Source: an uncultured delta proteobacterium (lineage in GTDB: Bacteria; Desulfobacterota; Desulfobacteria; Desulfobacterales; QNYZ01). Taken from it: a stretch of DNA of 64,000 nucleotides. Under the pieces are notes generated by a model. That model made no database searches. It saw only the letters and a list, made by a program, of their open reading frames with translations, and was not told the DNA's origin. This document shows positions 30,205 to 40,795 of this stretch, in pieces. Positions within the stretch are counted from its first letter, which is position 1, and every line of letters begins with the position of its first letter. The stretch is from positions 160,001 to 224,000 of the forward strand of contig CAWJQU010000001.1 in the NCBI GenBank assembly GCA_963845145.1, read 5' to 3'. Both the position numbers and the translations under genes were made by a program.

Positions 30205-32091
30205 ATGACCCTACGCCACCACATCAAAACCAGACAATCACCCCGGAAAGCGCTGTTACGATGGGCCGGCTGGTTTACTTTTTTCAACGCCGTTCTTCTC
30301 GCCCTCGCCATCAGCCGATATTTCCGCTTTACCGGTCCCATCGAGGGCGTTTTGTCATATGTGTATGCTGCCACGATTCTGATCGGTCACCCACTTTTTC
30401 TGACCTTTGGGGTAGCCTTTGCGTTACTGTTTCCGGTCATCCTGATTCGACCCAGTCGGCCGTTAATCTTCAGCCTCGGAATTTTGGCGGCCACTACAGG
30501 TATCGCTGTTTTGATGCTCGATTATGTTGTTTACTCTCAATTCCGGGTTCATCTAAACAAGGTCATGCTCGATTTGGTCATCGGCGGCGGCCGGGAAATC
30601 TTTGATTTCTCCTGGCAAAACTATGCGATAGCGCTGCTGTGTATGGCCGGCATATTGTTTTTTCAAATCTTTATCGCCTCGCTCGTCTGGAAAAAGATCG
30701 TTCGCCAAACCCGTCGCATGAAAGGTTTCCTCCTCACAGGCATGGCCTTTTTATGTATTATCGCGTCGCATGGGATTCACGCCTGGGCAGATGCCCAATA
30801 CTATCGGCCGATTACCGCTTTGACCCGTCACTTCCCCCTTTACTATCCGCTCACCGCCAAGCGCTTGTTACAAGAGTACGGGTTGGTTGATCTGGCCGCA
30901 AGCCGGGTTCAGCAAACCTTAAAAATCAACCCGGGCACGAATAAGACGATGTCGTACCCGCTCTCCAAGCTCCACTTCACCAGCGGTGATCAACGGCTAA
31001 ACGTCCTGTTTATCGCCATCGATTCCTGGCGCTTTGATATGCTGAATCAAGCGGTGACGCCCAACATCCACCGCTTTATTTCCGCACGACCCGTATGGCG
31101 TTTTACACGTCATTTAAGCGGGGGCAACGGCACCCGGATCGGCATTTTTTCGCTGTTTTACGGTTTATCCGGCGTCCATTGGGATGCCATGACCAATGAA
31201 CAAATCGGGCCCGTATTCATTCGCGAGCTGTTGAATCGGGATTACCAAATGGGGATCTTCGCCAGCGCAAAACTGACCACGCCGCCGTTTGACCGGAATG
31301 TATTCATCGACATTAAGAACTTACGCTCAAGTTCCAAGGGTGATAGCGCCTGGGAGCGGGATCAGAGCGTCCTGCGGGACTGGTCGCAATGGCTTGAAGC
31401 ACGAGACTCGAAACAACCATTCTTCGGATTTATTTTTTTTGATGCCGCCCATACCTACAGTATGCCGCCGAATTACCCCGAGGTATTCAAACCTATGTGG
31501 TCTAAGGTCAATTACCTCGCTTTGAATGAAAATCTTGATCCGATACCCTTTTTCAATCGCTACAAAGTCAGTCTTCATTACATTGATTCGCTGGTGGAAC
31601 ACGTCCTGTCCAGCTTAAAACAGAATAATCTTATCGAAAATACGATCATTGTTATTACAGGAGATCATGGCCAGGAATTCAATGATACCCATCGTAACTT
31701 TTGGGGGCATGGGGGCAACTATACCGATTATCAGATTCAGGTGCCCATGGTTATCTATTGGCCTGGACGCGACGCCAAAATGGTTATGCATCAGACCAGC
31801 CATCTGGATGTGGTTCCCACGCTGGTGACCGATCTCTTAGGGTGCCAAAATCCAATAACCGACTATAGCGACGGCCACCACTTATTTGAGGCTGACGGTC
31901 GTGACTGGTTGGTCGTGGGCGGATATTTCAACTATGCCATTCGGGAAATCGACCGTATCACCATGGCTTACTCCAGCGGAAATTATGAAATTTTCGATCT
32001 CAACCATCACATCATCAAAGGTGCCCGTTTGAATTATCGGATCGTCGGCCAGGCCATGACCCAGTCATCCCGATTCTACAAGGGCGGATAA
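30205..32091 (+). CDS. YejM/PbgA/LapC-like protein (DUF3413 plus sulfatase domain)
   Basis: LRWAGWFTFFN, five TMs, HAWADA, PLYYPLTAKR, HLSGGN, ITGDHGQEF, TSHLDVVPT. Confidence 0.88.
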   Translation: MTLRHHIKTRQSPRKALLRWAGWFTFFNAVLLALAISRYFRFTGPIEGVLSYVYAATILIGHPLFLTFGVAFALLFPVILIRPSRPLIFSLGILAATTGIAVLMLDYVVYSQFRVHLNKVMLDLVIGGGREIFDFSWQNYAIALLCMAGILFFQIFIASLVWKKIVRQTRRMKGFLLTGMAFLCIIASHGIHAWADAQYYRPITALTRHFPLYYPLTAKRLLQEYGLVDLAASRVQQTLKINPGTNKTMSYPLSKLHFTSGDQRLNVLFIAIDSWRFDMLNQAVTPNIHRFISARPVWRFTRHLSGGNGTRIGIFSLFYGLSGVHWDAMTNEQIGPVFIRELLNRDYQMGIFASAKLTTPPFDRNVFIDIKNLRSSSKGDSAWERDQSVLRDWSQWLEARDSKQPFFGFIFFDAAHTYSMPPNYPEVFKPMWSKVNYLALNENLDPIPFFNRYKVSLHYIDSLVEHVLSSLKQNNLIENTIIVITGDHGQEFNDTHRNFWGHGGNYTDYQIQVPMVIYWPGRDAKMVMHQTSHLDVVPTLVTDLLGCQNPITDYSDGHHLFEADGRDWLVVGGYFNYAIREIDRITMAYSSGNYEIFDLNHHIIKGARLNYRIVGQAMTQSSRFYKGG

Positions 32092-32094
32092 AGT

Positions 32095-33186
32095 ATGGCC
32101 CCTGAACTGCCGTTAAAAACGGTTCCTGAAAGCATCTGCATTCTGAGATTATCGGCCTTGGGCGATGTCTGCAACGTGGTACCCGTCGTTCGCACACTTC
32201 AAACCTGTTGGCCCCAAACCACGATCACATGGGTCATCGGACAACGGGAACATGATCTGGTGGGTGATATCCGAGGGGTTGAATTTATTCGATACCGGAA
32301 AAAAACGGGATTGAGGGGCATTTGGCAACTGCGCAACAAGCTGTCCGGACGACGTTTTTCGGTATTACTCCTGATGCAGGCGGCGCTCAGGGCCAGTTTG
32401 TTATCACTTGCCATTCCCGCCCGCATACGGGTCGGGTTTCATCCACAGATGGCCAAAGATTTTCAGGGGTTCTTTGCCCGGTTTCACACCCGGGCGCTAA
32501 AGCAACCCCATGTCATCGACGGATTTTTTTCTTTTCTCGAAGCCTTGGGGATTGACCAGCGTCGAATGGCATGGAACATTCCCGTTCCGGAAAACGCCCG
32601 GAATTTCGTTTCTCAAAAATTGGGCGAATACCGCAACGGTTTTTTCGTAATCAGCCCCTGCGCCAGTGTTCGGTATCGTAATTGGCGGGATTGGCCGCCA
32701 AAAAAATATGCCCGGCTGATCGACCACGTATATGATCGATACGGCCTTCGCGCCGTATTGACCGGCGGGACCACGACACATGAAAACGAAGTTGGTCGGT
32801 GCATTATGGATACGGCAATCCATCAACCAGTGAATCTCATCGGCCAAACCAGTATTAAGGAATTGATGGCCGTGATTGAGCAGGCCAAAGCCGTCGTATC
32901 TCCCGACTCGGGCCCCGTTCACATGGCCAACGCGGTGGGTGTGCCGCCCGTCGGTTTATACGCCACCAGCAATCCCGAGAGGACCGGGCCTTACAGCGTT
33001 AGGAAATGGGTGGTCAACGCCTACCCCACTGCGGTGCGTCAGACATACGGTAAGTCAGTGGATGACATTCCCTGGGGAAAACGGGTGCGCAAGCCCGACG
33101 CCATTGAGCTGATTACTTTCAATGCCGTCATGAAAATGTTAGACGATCTTTTTTCCAAAAGGAAACCGTTGAATGTTAGCGAATAA
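32095..33186 (+). CDS. Glycosyltransferase family 9 (heptosyltransferase-like)
   Basis: LRLSALGDV, NLIGQTS, SPDSGPVHMA. Confidence 0.92.
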   Translation: MAPELPLKTVPESICILRLSALGDVCNVVPVVRTLQTCWPQTTITWVIGQREHDLVGDIRGVEFIRYRKKTGLRGIWQLRNKLSGRRFSVLLLMQAALRASLLSLAIPARIRVGFHPQMAKDFQGFFARFHTRALKQPHVIDGFFSFLEALGIDQRRMAWNIPVPENARNFVSQKLGEYRNGFFVISPCASVRYRNWRDWPPKKYARLIDHVYDRYGLRAVLTGGTTTHENEVGRCIMDTAIHQPVNLIGQTSIKELMAVIEQAKAVVSPDSGPVHMANAVGVPPVGLYATSNPERTGPYSVRKWVVNAYPTAVRQTYGKSVDDIPWGKRVRKPDAIELITFNAVMKMLDDLFSKRKPLNVSE

Positions 33187-34462
33187 ATACTTTCGTGGAA
33201 TACTATATTCCGTTGTTGCATTATTTCCCGGCTTAGCCAACCTCTACAAGAATATGGGCAGCGGGACACTGATCATCTTAACCCTGATGGGTCTTTGGGC
33301 CATGGCTCAAAAACCGCGTCTGTCATTTACCCGTGAAGAGAAATGGCTGATGGGGGCATTTTGCGCTTATATGGGCGTTTACCTGTTATCGGCAATTATT
33401 CATTTGTTAACCGGTGTGTTGGTTGAAGCCCATGGAAAACATTTTGAAAAAGAAGCTTATCTGCTCACCTTTATCCCTTTATGCTTTCTGTTTCGACGAC
33501 TGCCGCTTCCCCCATGGGTGTTGTGGTCGAGTGTCGCGGCGGGCGGGATCCTCGCCGGATGCTATGCCATGATCGATTTCGGCTGGATTGACATCAAATA
33601 TCGGGTGCGAGGGGCGTACAATCCCATCATGTTCGGATGTCTTTCTATCACAATGGCATTTATGACTATCCAGGGATACCGTTTTTTTCGGCGGCGACAT
33701 CCGTTTCTTATCTTTGTCCCTTTAGCCGGTTTTTTCCTGGGAACAGTGTCTACTATTTTGACCGGCAGTCGCGGTGCCTGGATCGCTATTCCAGCCTTTT
33801 TAGCCATCACAATGGTACACCTGGGAAAAAACCTGCGACGCCTGGAGCTGGCTTTGATCACCGGCACGTTTGTCTTGGCCCTTTTTGTGGCATATCAGAT
33901 ACCGGAAACCGGAGTGGCCCAACGCGTTCGATTCGCCCAGAATGATCTTCAAAAATACGCCATAGGCGACGTGACCATCGATAACAGCGTCGGTTTACGC
34001 CTGGCGTCGTGGGAAGCTTCGCTTAAAATGGTCAAAGATCACTTTCTGCTGGGAATTGGACCCGGTGGATATCTACCCACGATCAAAAAATGGGCCGCCG
34101 AAGGAAAACTGCCCTATGCCGCCGAGGTGTACCACTCTCAGCCCCATAGTATCTATTTTGCCGTGTTGGTAGATGGGGGCGTTCTCGGCCTTCTTGCCCT
34201 GTTAGCGGTCCTGTTTCTACCGATATATATCTTCATTCAGCGTATTAGAAGCTCCCCAGCCAACCGGGCTGCCGCTTTTTCAGGCCTGATTCTTTCCGTA
34301 GGGTATATTCATTTTGGGCTTACCGAGACGGTTTTCGGACGCAATCTGTTTGTCGCCTTTTATGTGATCATCCTGGCAATGCTGCTGACGCTGACCACTG
34401 CAACGGAAAACACAACACCGCAGAAATCACGGCAGGGAAATGCGAAGGTGGAGTCCAACTAA
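33173..34462 (+). CDS. O-antigen ligase family protein
   Basis: Multi-TM; LTGSRGAW, SVGLRL, LLGIGPG, PHSIY. Confidence 0.88.
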   Translation: MLANKYFRGILYSVVALFPGLANLYKNMGSGTLIILTLMGLWAMAQKPRLSFTREEKWLMGAFCAYMGVYLLSAIIHLLTGVLVEAHGKHFEKEAYLLTFIPLCFLFRRLPLPPWVLWSSVAAGGILAGCYAMIDFGWIDIKYRVRGAYNPIMFGCLSITMAFMTIQGYRFFRRRHPFLIFVPLAGFFLGTVSTILTGSRGAWIAIPAFLAITMVHLGKNLRRLELALITGTFVLALFVAYQIPETGVAQRVRFAQNDLQKYAIGDVTIDNSVGLRLASWEASLKMVKDHFLLGIGPGGYLPTIKKWAAEGKLPYAAEVYHSQPHSIYFAVLVDGGVLGLLALLAVLFLPIYIFIQRIRSSPANRAAAFSGLILSVGYIHFGLTETVFGRNLFVAFYVIILAMLLTLTTATENTTPQKSRQGNAKVESN

Positions 34463-35386
34463 ATTTTCGCCGACCATCGGATAGAGGTGGATGGGGGTCG
34501 CGTTTATTCCGGAAGGGCTTCCAGCCGCTTGGCGCCCAAATGTACTTTGGGTGTAGCGCCTTATCGGCCGAATAATCGAACCCAAGGGGTCCATCAGAAA
34601 TCGGACGGTTTTTCCCAGGGCCCGACTGCCGAACAAGGTGTTGTCATTGGCGATAATCTTTGCTTCGAGGGGTAAAAAAATAAATTCTCCCACCAGCCAC
34701 CCGCCCACGGGTGTAGAGATGAGATCCTGAATCGAGGGCTCTTCGGCAAAAGCCTCCACCCCGTATTCATACAACACGTTCGAGACAAAAAATGCATACC
34801 AGAACGATTCCCACCGGCTATAGGCATAATGCCGCGCATGGATATAATAAGCGGCTCCCCAGTAGGGATGCCCAATCCAGTTGAGCCACCAATCGTCCTC
34901 ATCCCACACCGGCCCATCAGACACATTATCCCACCACTTGCTCCCCAGGTCGCTTAAAGAGTTATCCTTATCTTCTTCATCCCAGTTTGAAACACTTTCA
35001 GGAGCAACATACAGCAACCCCAGGATAACCGATGCAGGAACGATGAGATAACCCATATCCCTGGCAAGCAGGGAATATTTCCCCAACAGGCGGCCCTCGG
35101 GCGGATGCAAGGCACTTCGCTCGGGATCGAGGGGCACGTTGATAGGGGCCGATAATGGCCGCGGACTATCGTTCTCTTCTGCGGCAAGGGTGACGTTAGC
35201 CAGATGATAGGCTTTTTCTCCATAGGCCACCCCGTCCCAACGCTGCGATAAATGGCTGTGGGTCAGATAACCATCAGTTACGGATTCATAGGCAAGGGGC
35301 CGGCCCGCGCACATGAAAACGATCCATACTATACATAGGGCGCTTCGAATTAGTTTTATATTCAGTTTCATATTCTGCATGGGCAT
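34427..35386 (-). CDS. DUF3943-like exported protein
   Basis: Signal peptide; GPVWDEDDWWLNWIGHPYWGAAYY, EYGVEAFAEEPSIQDL. Confidence 0.8.
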   Translation of the reverse strand: MPMQNMKLNIKLIRSALCIVWIVFMCAGRPLAYESVTDGYLTHSHLSQRWDGVAYGEKAYHLANVTLAAEENDSPRPLSAPINVPLDPERSALHPPEGRLLGKYSLLARDMGYLIVPASVILGLLYVAPESVSNWDEEDKDNSLSDLGSKWWDNVSDGPVWDEDDWWLNWIGHPYWGAAYYIHARHYAYSRWESFWYAFFVSNVLYEYGVEAFAEEPSIQDLISTPVGGWLVGEFIFLPLEAKIIANDNTLFGSRALGKTVRFLMDPLGSIIRPIRRYTQSTFGRQAAGSPSGINATPIHLYPMVGENLVGLHLRISLP

Positions 35387-35519
35387 GCGGTTTAGTAATC
35401 ACCAATGGTCATGTTATTATCGTTAAGCGATCGTTTGAATGAGTCGCGCTAACATTTCAAATCGACATCGGGCTGTCAAGTCGAGCCCTGCGCCCGATAG
35501 TTTTTTTAGCGGTCAGATG

Positions 35520-36578
35520 CTACCTTTTATGGGCTGGATAACTTCCCAGGTTTTTTAGCGTAACCGTTAAGTCTTCCACCTGTTTGAGAACAGACCGAAC
35601 CTTATCGTCCTGCTGGGCCCCTTCAAAGTCTAGAAAAAAGCTGTAGTTTCCCGGGTCCGAGCGAAGCGGCATGGAAGCGATCCGGGTCAGGTTGATCTTC
35701 GCCTCGGCAAATAGGCCGAGAACGGCGTAGAGCCGTCCGGCCAGATGGGGTGTGGCAAAAATAATGGATGTTTTATCCCCGATTTTCGCATAGGCTTTTT
35801 GGGACAACAGTAAAAACCGGGTCGAATTGGCGTCCCCATCGGCAATGTCATCGGCCAGCACACCAAGATCATATAAATCGGCACATAAGCCACTGGCAAT
35901 GGCTGCGGTCGCCTTTGGGCTCTCCCGGGCCAGCATCTTGGCCGCTCCGGCAGTATCATAATACGGTAGGGGCTCCAGGTTATGACGGGCCAGAAAGTTA
36001 CGGCACTGGGCCAACGCCTGGGGATGTGAGAAAACCTGCCGTATCTCATTCATACCCGTCGACTTTAATGCCATCAGACAGTGATTGACCGGTACGATGG
36101 TCTCGCCGATGACCTTAAGATCGGTAGTGGTCAGCAGATCATTGACCTGGGTAACGGCACCCTCCAGAGAGTTTTCCACCGGGACGACCCCCATGTCCAA
36201 ATCACCATTTTCAACCCCACGAAAAACATCGCTAAATTCCAGACAGGGGATGTACGCGCCACCGGTAACGAGGTGCCTGGCGGCCAGTTCACCGTATGCA
36301 CCAAGTTCTCCCTGAAACCCAACTAAAGGACGATCTTCCGACTGGAGTCTTTTGCTCTCCTCCATGATGGTTTGCAACAGATGGTGGATAAAGTTCCGCT
36401 CCACGAGATGGAGATCCATACGATCAATACGTGCCAAGACCTCTTTTTCACGCTTGGGGTCGCTGACCTGGGTTTTAAACTTCTTTGTCCGCAAGGCATA
36501 CCCCATCCTTTCCTGAAGCAGTACCAGCAACTCCCGATCGATTTTATCGATCTTGTTTCGAATCTCATCAAGCTTCAT
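35520..36578 (-). CDS. pheA: Chorismate mutase / prephenate dehydratase
   Basis: LDEIRNKIDKID (CM), FQGELGAYG, VPVENSLEG, SHPQALAQC, TRF, ACT domain INLTRIASMP. AAGGAG RBS before ATG 36578. Confidence 0.95.
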   Translation of the reverse strand: MKLDEIRNKIDKIDRELLVLLQERMGYALRTKKFKTQVSDPKREKEVLARIDRMDLHLVERNFIHHLLQTIMEESKRLQSEDRPLVGFQGELGAYGELAARHLVTGGAYIPCLEFSDVFRGVENGDLDMGVVPVENSLEGAVTQVNDLLTTTDLKVIGETIVPVNHCLMALKSTGMNEIRQVFSHPQALAQCRNFLARHNLEPLPYYDTAGAAKMLARESPKATAAIASGLCADLYDLGVLADDIADGDANSTRFLLLSQKAYAKIGDKTSIIFATPHLAGRLYAVLGLFAEAKINLTRIASMPLRSDPGNYSFFLDFEGAQQDDKVRSVLKQVEDLTVTLKNLGSYPAHKR

Positions 36579-36624
36579 GGGGCTCTCCTTAAAATAGTAT
36601 TTCGCCGACCGATAAAATCTGAAA

Positions 36625-39368
36625 TCATGATTCCTCATCCAAAATCTCGCGCACTTTAGAGGAGAGTGAACGGACCGAAAATGGTTTTTCTAAAAAGTGC
36701 ATACCTTCCTCTAAAACCCCCCGGCCAATCGCGGCATCCGAGGCATAGCCGGACATGAAAAGCACCTTGATACCTGGCTCTATTTCCTCGATCCGGTTTC
36801 TTAATTCCAGCCCATTCATCTCGGGCATCACCACATCCGTGATTAATAGGTGAATCCGGCCGGCACTTGACTTGGCCATGGCAATGGCGTCGGAAGGTTT
36901 TCCGGCGGCAAGAATCACGTATCCAAACCGCTCGAGCACTGTTTTTCCCAAATGTAAAAAGGAGGGTTCGTCTTCCACCAATAAAACGGTCTCGATTCCT
37001 TTTTTGATTGTCTTGCCGGCAGCCTCCTCGTTGGATTCCACAACCTCCAATGATCGTTGAAGATATACCTTAAATGACGTGCCCTCCTCCGGACGGCTGG
37101 CTGCGTAAATAAAACCATCGTTTTGCTTCACGATGCCATAAACCGTGGATAAGCCCAATCCGGTTCCTTCTCCCACACCTTTGGTTGTAAAAAACGGCTC
37201 AAAAATATTTTCAAGGGTCTCCTTGTCCATGCCGCATCCGTCGTCATTAATTTCGAGCATAACGTACTTACCGGACACCAACCCTTCATAACCGACACAA
37301 TCCGCCGGGGCTAATTCCACGTTCGTCGTCTCGATGGCTATTTTCCCCGTTCCCGCAATGGCATCGCCGGCATTGACACATAAATTGGCCAAAATCTGAT
37401 CGATCTGGGCAGGGTCGATCTTAACCGGCCACAAATTAGCACCCGGCTTCCAGGTCAGTTCGATGCCTTCACCGATCATTCTTCGAAGCATCCTGAGCAT
37501 TCCAGCTACGGTCATATTTAAATCGAGCACCCGGGGCAAAATCGTCTGTTTACGGGCAAAGGCCAGTAACTGCCGGGTTAATTCCGCCGAGCGGCGGGCC
37601 GCGTTGTAGATCTCTTTAAGATCACTATAGATTGGCACGGTGGGGCCCACTTGCTCCATGGCCAACTCCGCACGCCCGATTATGACTCCCAGCATATTAT
37701 TGAAATCATGGGCAACGCCTCCGGCCAAGCGTCCCACGGATTCCATTTTCTGAGCTTGTCGGAGTTGCATTTCGGTTTGCAACCGCTCTTGTTCCAGATC
37801 CTTGAGGGGGGTGATGTCGGTGGCGATCTGCAAACGCACGATGCGACCGTCTACCCACCGAATGGCCCGGTCGTAGTTCATGTACCATCTGTTTGACTTG
37901 GGATTTTTTGTTTCCCAGGTAAAAACACCAAGAGGTTGGCCTTCGGCGTCGAGTATCTGATCATTGGTGCAATGGTCGCAAGGGCGATCATAACCACGAA
38001 AAGCATCAAAACAGATCCCACCGGTGTAATCACCATTAAAGTGATCAATCATATATTGATTCATAAACAGGATTTCATAGGTATCCATGTCGGCCACATG
38101 GATCGTGGCATCAATCCCATCAAGGACCGTAAGAAAGGTCTGGTGCGCTTTTTTCAGTTCCTCCTCTGTGCGCTTGCGCTCGGTAATGTCCCGAATCGTG
38201 CCAATGAAACATTTTTCCTCCCCAATCTGAATCAATTCTCCTGATAAGAGACCATCGCGCACGTCACCCGACTTCGTCCGATACTGAAATTCGCAATTGC
38301 TTAAACGATTATCTTCGCCCAACGCCTTTGCCCATCGTTCACGCTCACCGGGATCGGCCCACAATCCGAGATCGATATCGGATTTCCCGATAACCTCGTC
38401 GCGGCGATAGCCGGACCCCCTTATAAAACCCTCGTTAACCTCCAGAATTCGACCATCGCTCACCCGAGATATGGTGATCGCATCCGGGCTTGAATGGAAG
38501 GCCATGGAAAATTTTTCTTCGGATGCGCGTAGTTTCTGCTCGGCGTTTTTTTGTGAAGTAATGTCCTCAGCGATACCCACAATGCGAAGGACTTCGCCAT
38601 CATCCCCATAAACCGGAAAACCACGATCAGAAACCCAACGTACAGTGCCATCGGGCCGCATAACACGATACTCGCGGCTTTCACCGCCGCCCGATTTTAA
38701 AATGCTCCGAAAAGATTCGCTTGCATTTTCAAGATCATCCGGATGAATACCCCTGGCCCATTCATCATAATTTTCAAGCAGAGCCTGGGTTGGCCGACCC
38801 CATATTTCCTGGTAAGCCGGGTTCACATATAGGACCTTTTTTTTTGCCAATCAAATATCCAGAAAATTTCACGAATTTGCTCGGCTAAATCGCTGAACCG
38901 TCGATCGCTTTCCCGCAATGCCCTTTCGGTCTTTTTTCGCTCGGTAAGGTCCCGCAAAGCCGTAATTCGAATTGATCTTCCCTGAAAATCCATCATCCGG
39001 GCCTGTATTTCAGCGGGAAAGGTTGTCCCATCCTTTCGCAGGGCCGACACCTCATACGGTTTTTCATCCCCGGCAAGCATTTTTTCTGTGGCACGCTCCC
39101 TGTCTCCCCGGGCGATCCAGTCCGTCCCCGACCGACCCACCGCTTCATCAATTGAATAACCGAACATTTGTTCCGCCGACTTGTTCTGATCCAGACAGAT
39201 CCCTTTTTCTGAAAGAAAGATGGCTTCAAAGGTTGCGTCGGACAAGGCCCTTGAGTGCGCTACCAGATCCTGCATCGCCGCTTTTTCGGCTTTCCATACG
39301 GCGGACTCTTTCTCTAATTGCCGAACCCTTTCCTCTAACGTCTGATTGGTCGGTCCGTTTTTCATCAT
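36625..39368 (-). CDS. Multi-PAS hybrid sensor histidine kinase / response regulator, frameshifted at an A9 tract (38837-38845)
   Basis: ORFs 38823-39440 and 36625-38850 join inside a PAS domain ([16 protein letters not shown]). H-box [27 protein letters not shown]-terminal REC. Confidence 0.88.
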
Positions 39369-39842
39369 TGTATCCTTACTGTCCATATATCGATTGCATA
39401 AGGACTTCTCTTCGGCACGGGGCTTCCCGTTGTATGACAAAAGGCAACGGGAATAAACCTGAATAACTTGATATGAATTGAGGTGATCAACTGATTGGTT
39501 TTCATAGCCGTTTCACCGCTCCATTGTCGATTAAACCCGAACTTCATTGGAACTGGTTATGATTCACCTTATTTTTAGCATACTTGTATAAGATATTGAC
39601 AATTGATTGTCAAAACACACGTCATTGCATGGATGCCCCAATGCAAAGGTGCCCCAGGGCAATCCTTCGTTTTGATGGATCCCGAATCCCACCGGAACCC
39701 GATGCGAATCCACTATCAGCTTTATTGGCAACATCATACCTTTTATTCCCGATAAAAATCATTATTGTTTTAAATATAAAATCAATGCGCATCTGATCGT
39801 TTAAGGGAACCCCGACAATCTATCCAATATGAGGAGATAATC

Positions 39843-40217
39843 ATGGCGTTAAAAGACTATTTTGGAAGTACCAAAGGTATGGGTGTATTGGCCACAGCGG
39901 ACAAAGACGGTAAGGTCGATGCGGCCATCTACGCCCGGCCACACTTTATGGAAGATGGCACTTTAGCCGTCATCATGCGCGATAAGCTAACCCATCACAA
40001 CCTTCAGTCGAATCCCCACGCCACTTTTCTTTTTGTCGAGGATGGTTCGGGATATAAGGGAAAACGACTGTTTATGACAAAGGTCCGCGAAGAAGAAAAT
40101 TCATCGCTCTTAAAAGAGCTCCGGCGCCGACAATACCCCGATAGTAAAGAGGAAACGCGCTTTCTCGTGTTTTTTAGCCTGGATAAAGAACTCCCGCTGA
40201 TTGGTGCCGGTACATAG
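39843..40217 (+). CDS. Pyridoxamine 5'-phosphate oxidase-like FMN-binding protein
   Basis: GVLATADKDGKVD...THHNLQSNPHA. GAGGAG RBS. Confidence 0.85.
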   Translation: MALKDYFGSTKGMGVLATADKDGKVDAAIYARPHFMEDGTLAVIMRDKLTHHNLQSNPHATFLFVEDGSGYKGKRLFMTKVREEENSSLLKELRRRQYPDSKEETRFLVFFSLDKELPLIGAGT

Positions 40218-40342
40218 ATGCACCATCAATTTGAACATTATCTTCTGCCGGTTCCCGATTTGAGTAGCAGTTGGTGGTGTGCTATAAAAAATCATGCCGA
40301 CAGATCGACCTTTGTATCGACGACACTTAATAGAGGCATCTT

Positions 40343-40795
40343 ATGCTAAAGTCGGAAGATATTCAAAACCGGTTGCGAAATCTGTTTGATTCGCAAAAAT
40401 TGGCGATTATATCCACCCAGCGCGATGGCCAGCCCTATGCCAGCCTCGTGGCATTTGCGGGTACGGATGACCTACGGCATATTTTTTTCGTAACCCCTAC
40501 CGCCACCCGCAAATTTGCAAATTTGACATCTGACGCCCGCGTGGCGGTATTAATTAACAGCAGTACCAATGCGGAAACCGACTTTCATGAGGCCATTTCC
40601 GTTACGGCCACCGGAACGGCACGGGAGATAAGCGACTTGGAAAGGAAAAAGGTCTTGCACCTTTATCTGGTGAAACACCCATATCTTGAAGAGTTTGCCC
40701 ACTCCCCTTCTTGTGCCATGGTAAGGGTAACGGTTAAATCATATTACCTCGTTCAAAACTTTCAAAACGTCACAGAATTTCATATCGAAAAATGA
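40343..40795 (+). CDS. Pyridoxamine 5'-phosphate oxidase-like protein
   Basis: GQPYASLVAF, TRKFANL. Confidence 0.85.
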   Translation: MLKSEDIQNRLRNLFDSQKLAIISTQRDGQPYASLVAFAGTDDLRHIFFVTPTATRKFANLTSDARVAVLINSSTNAETDFHEAISVTATGTAREISDLERKKVLHLYLVKHPYLEEFAHSPSCAMVRVTVKSYYLVQNFQNVTEFHIEK

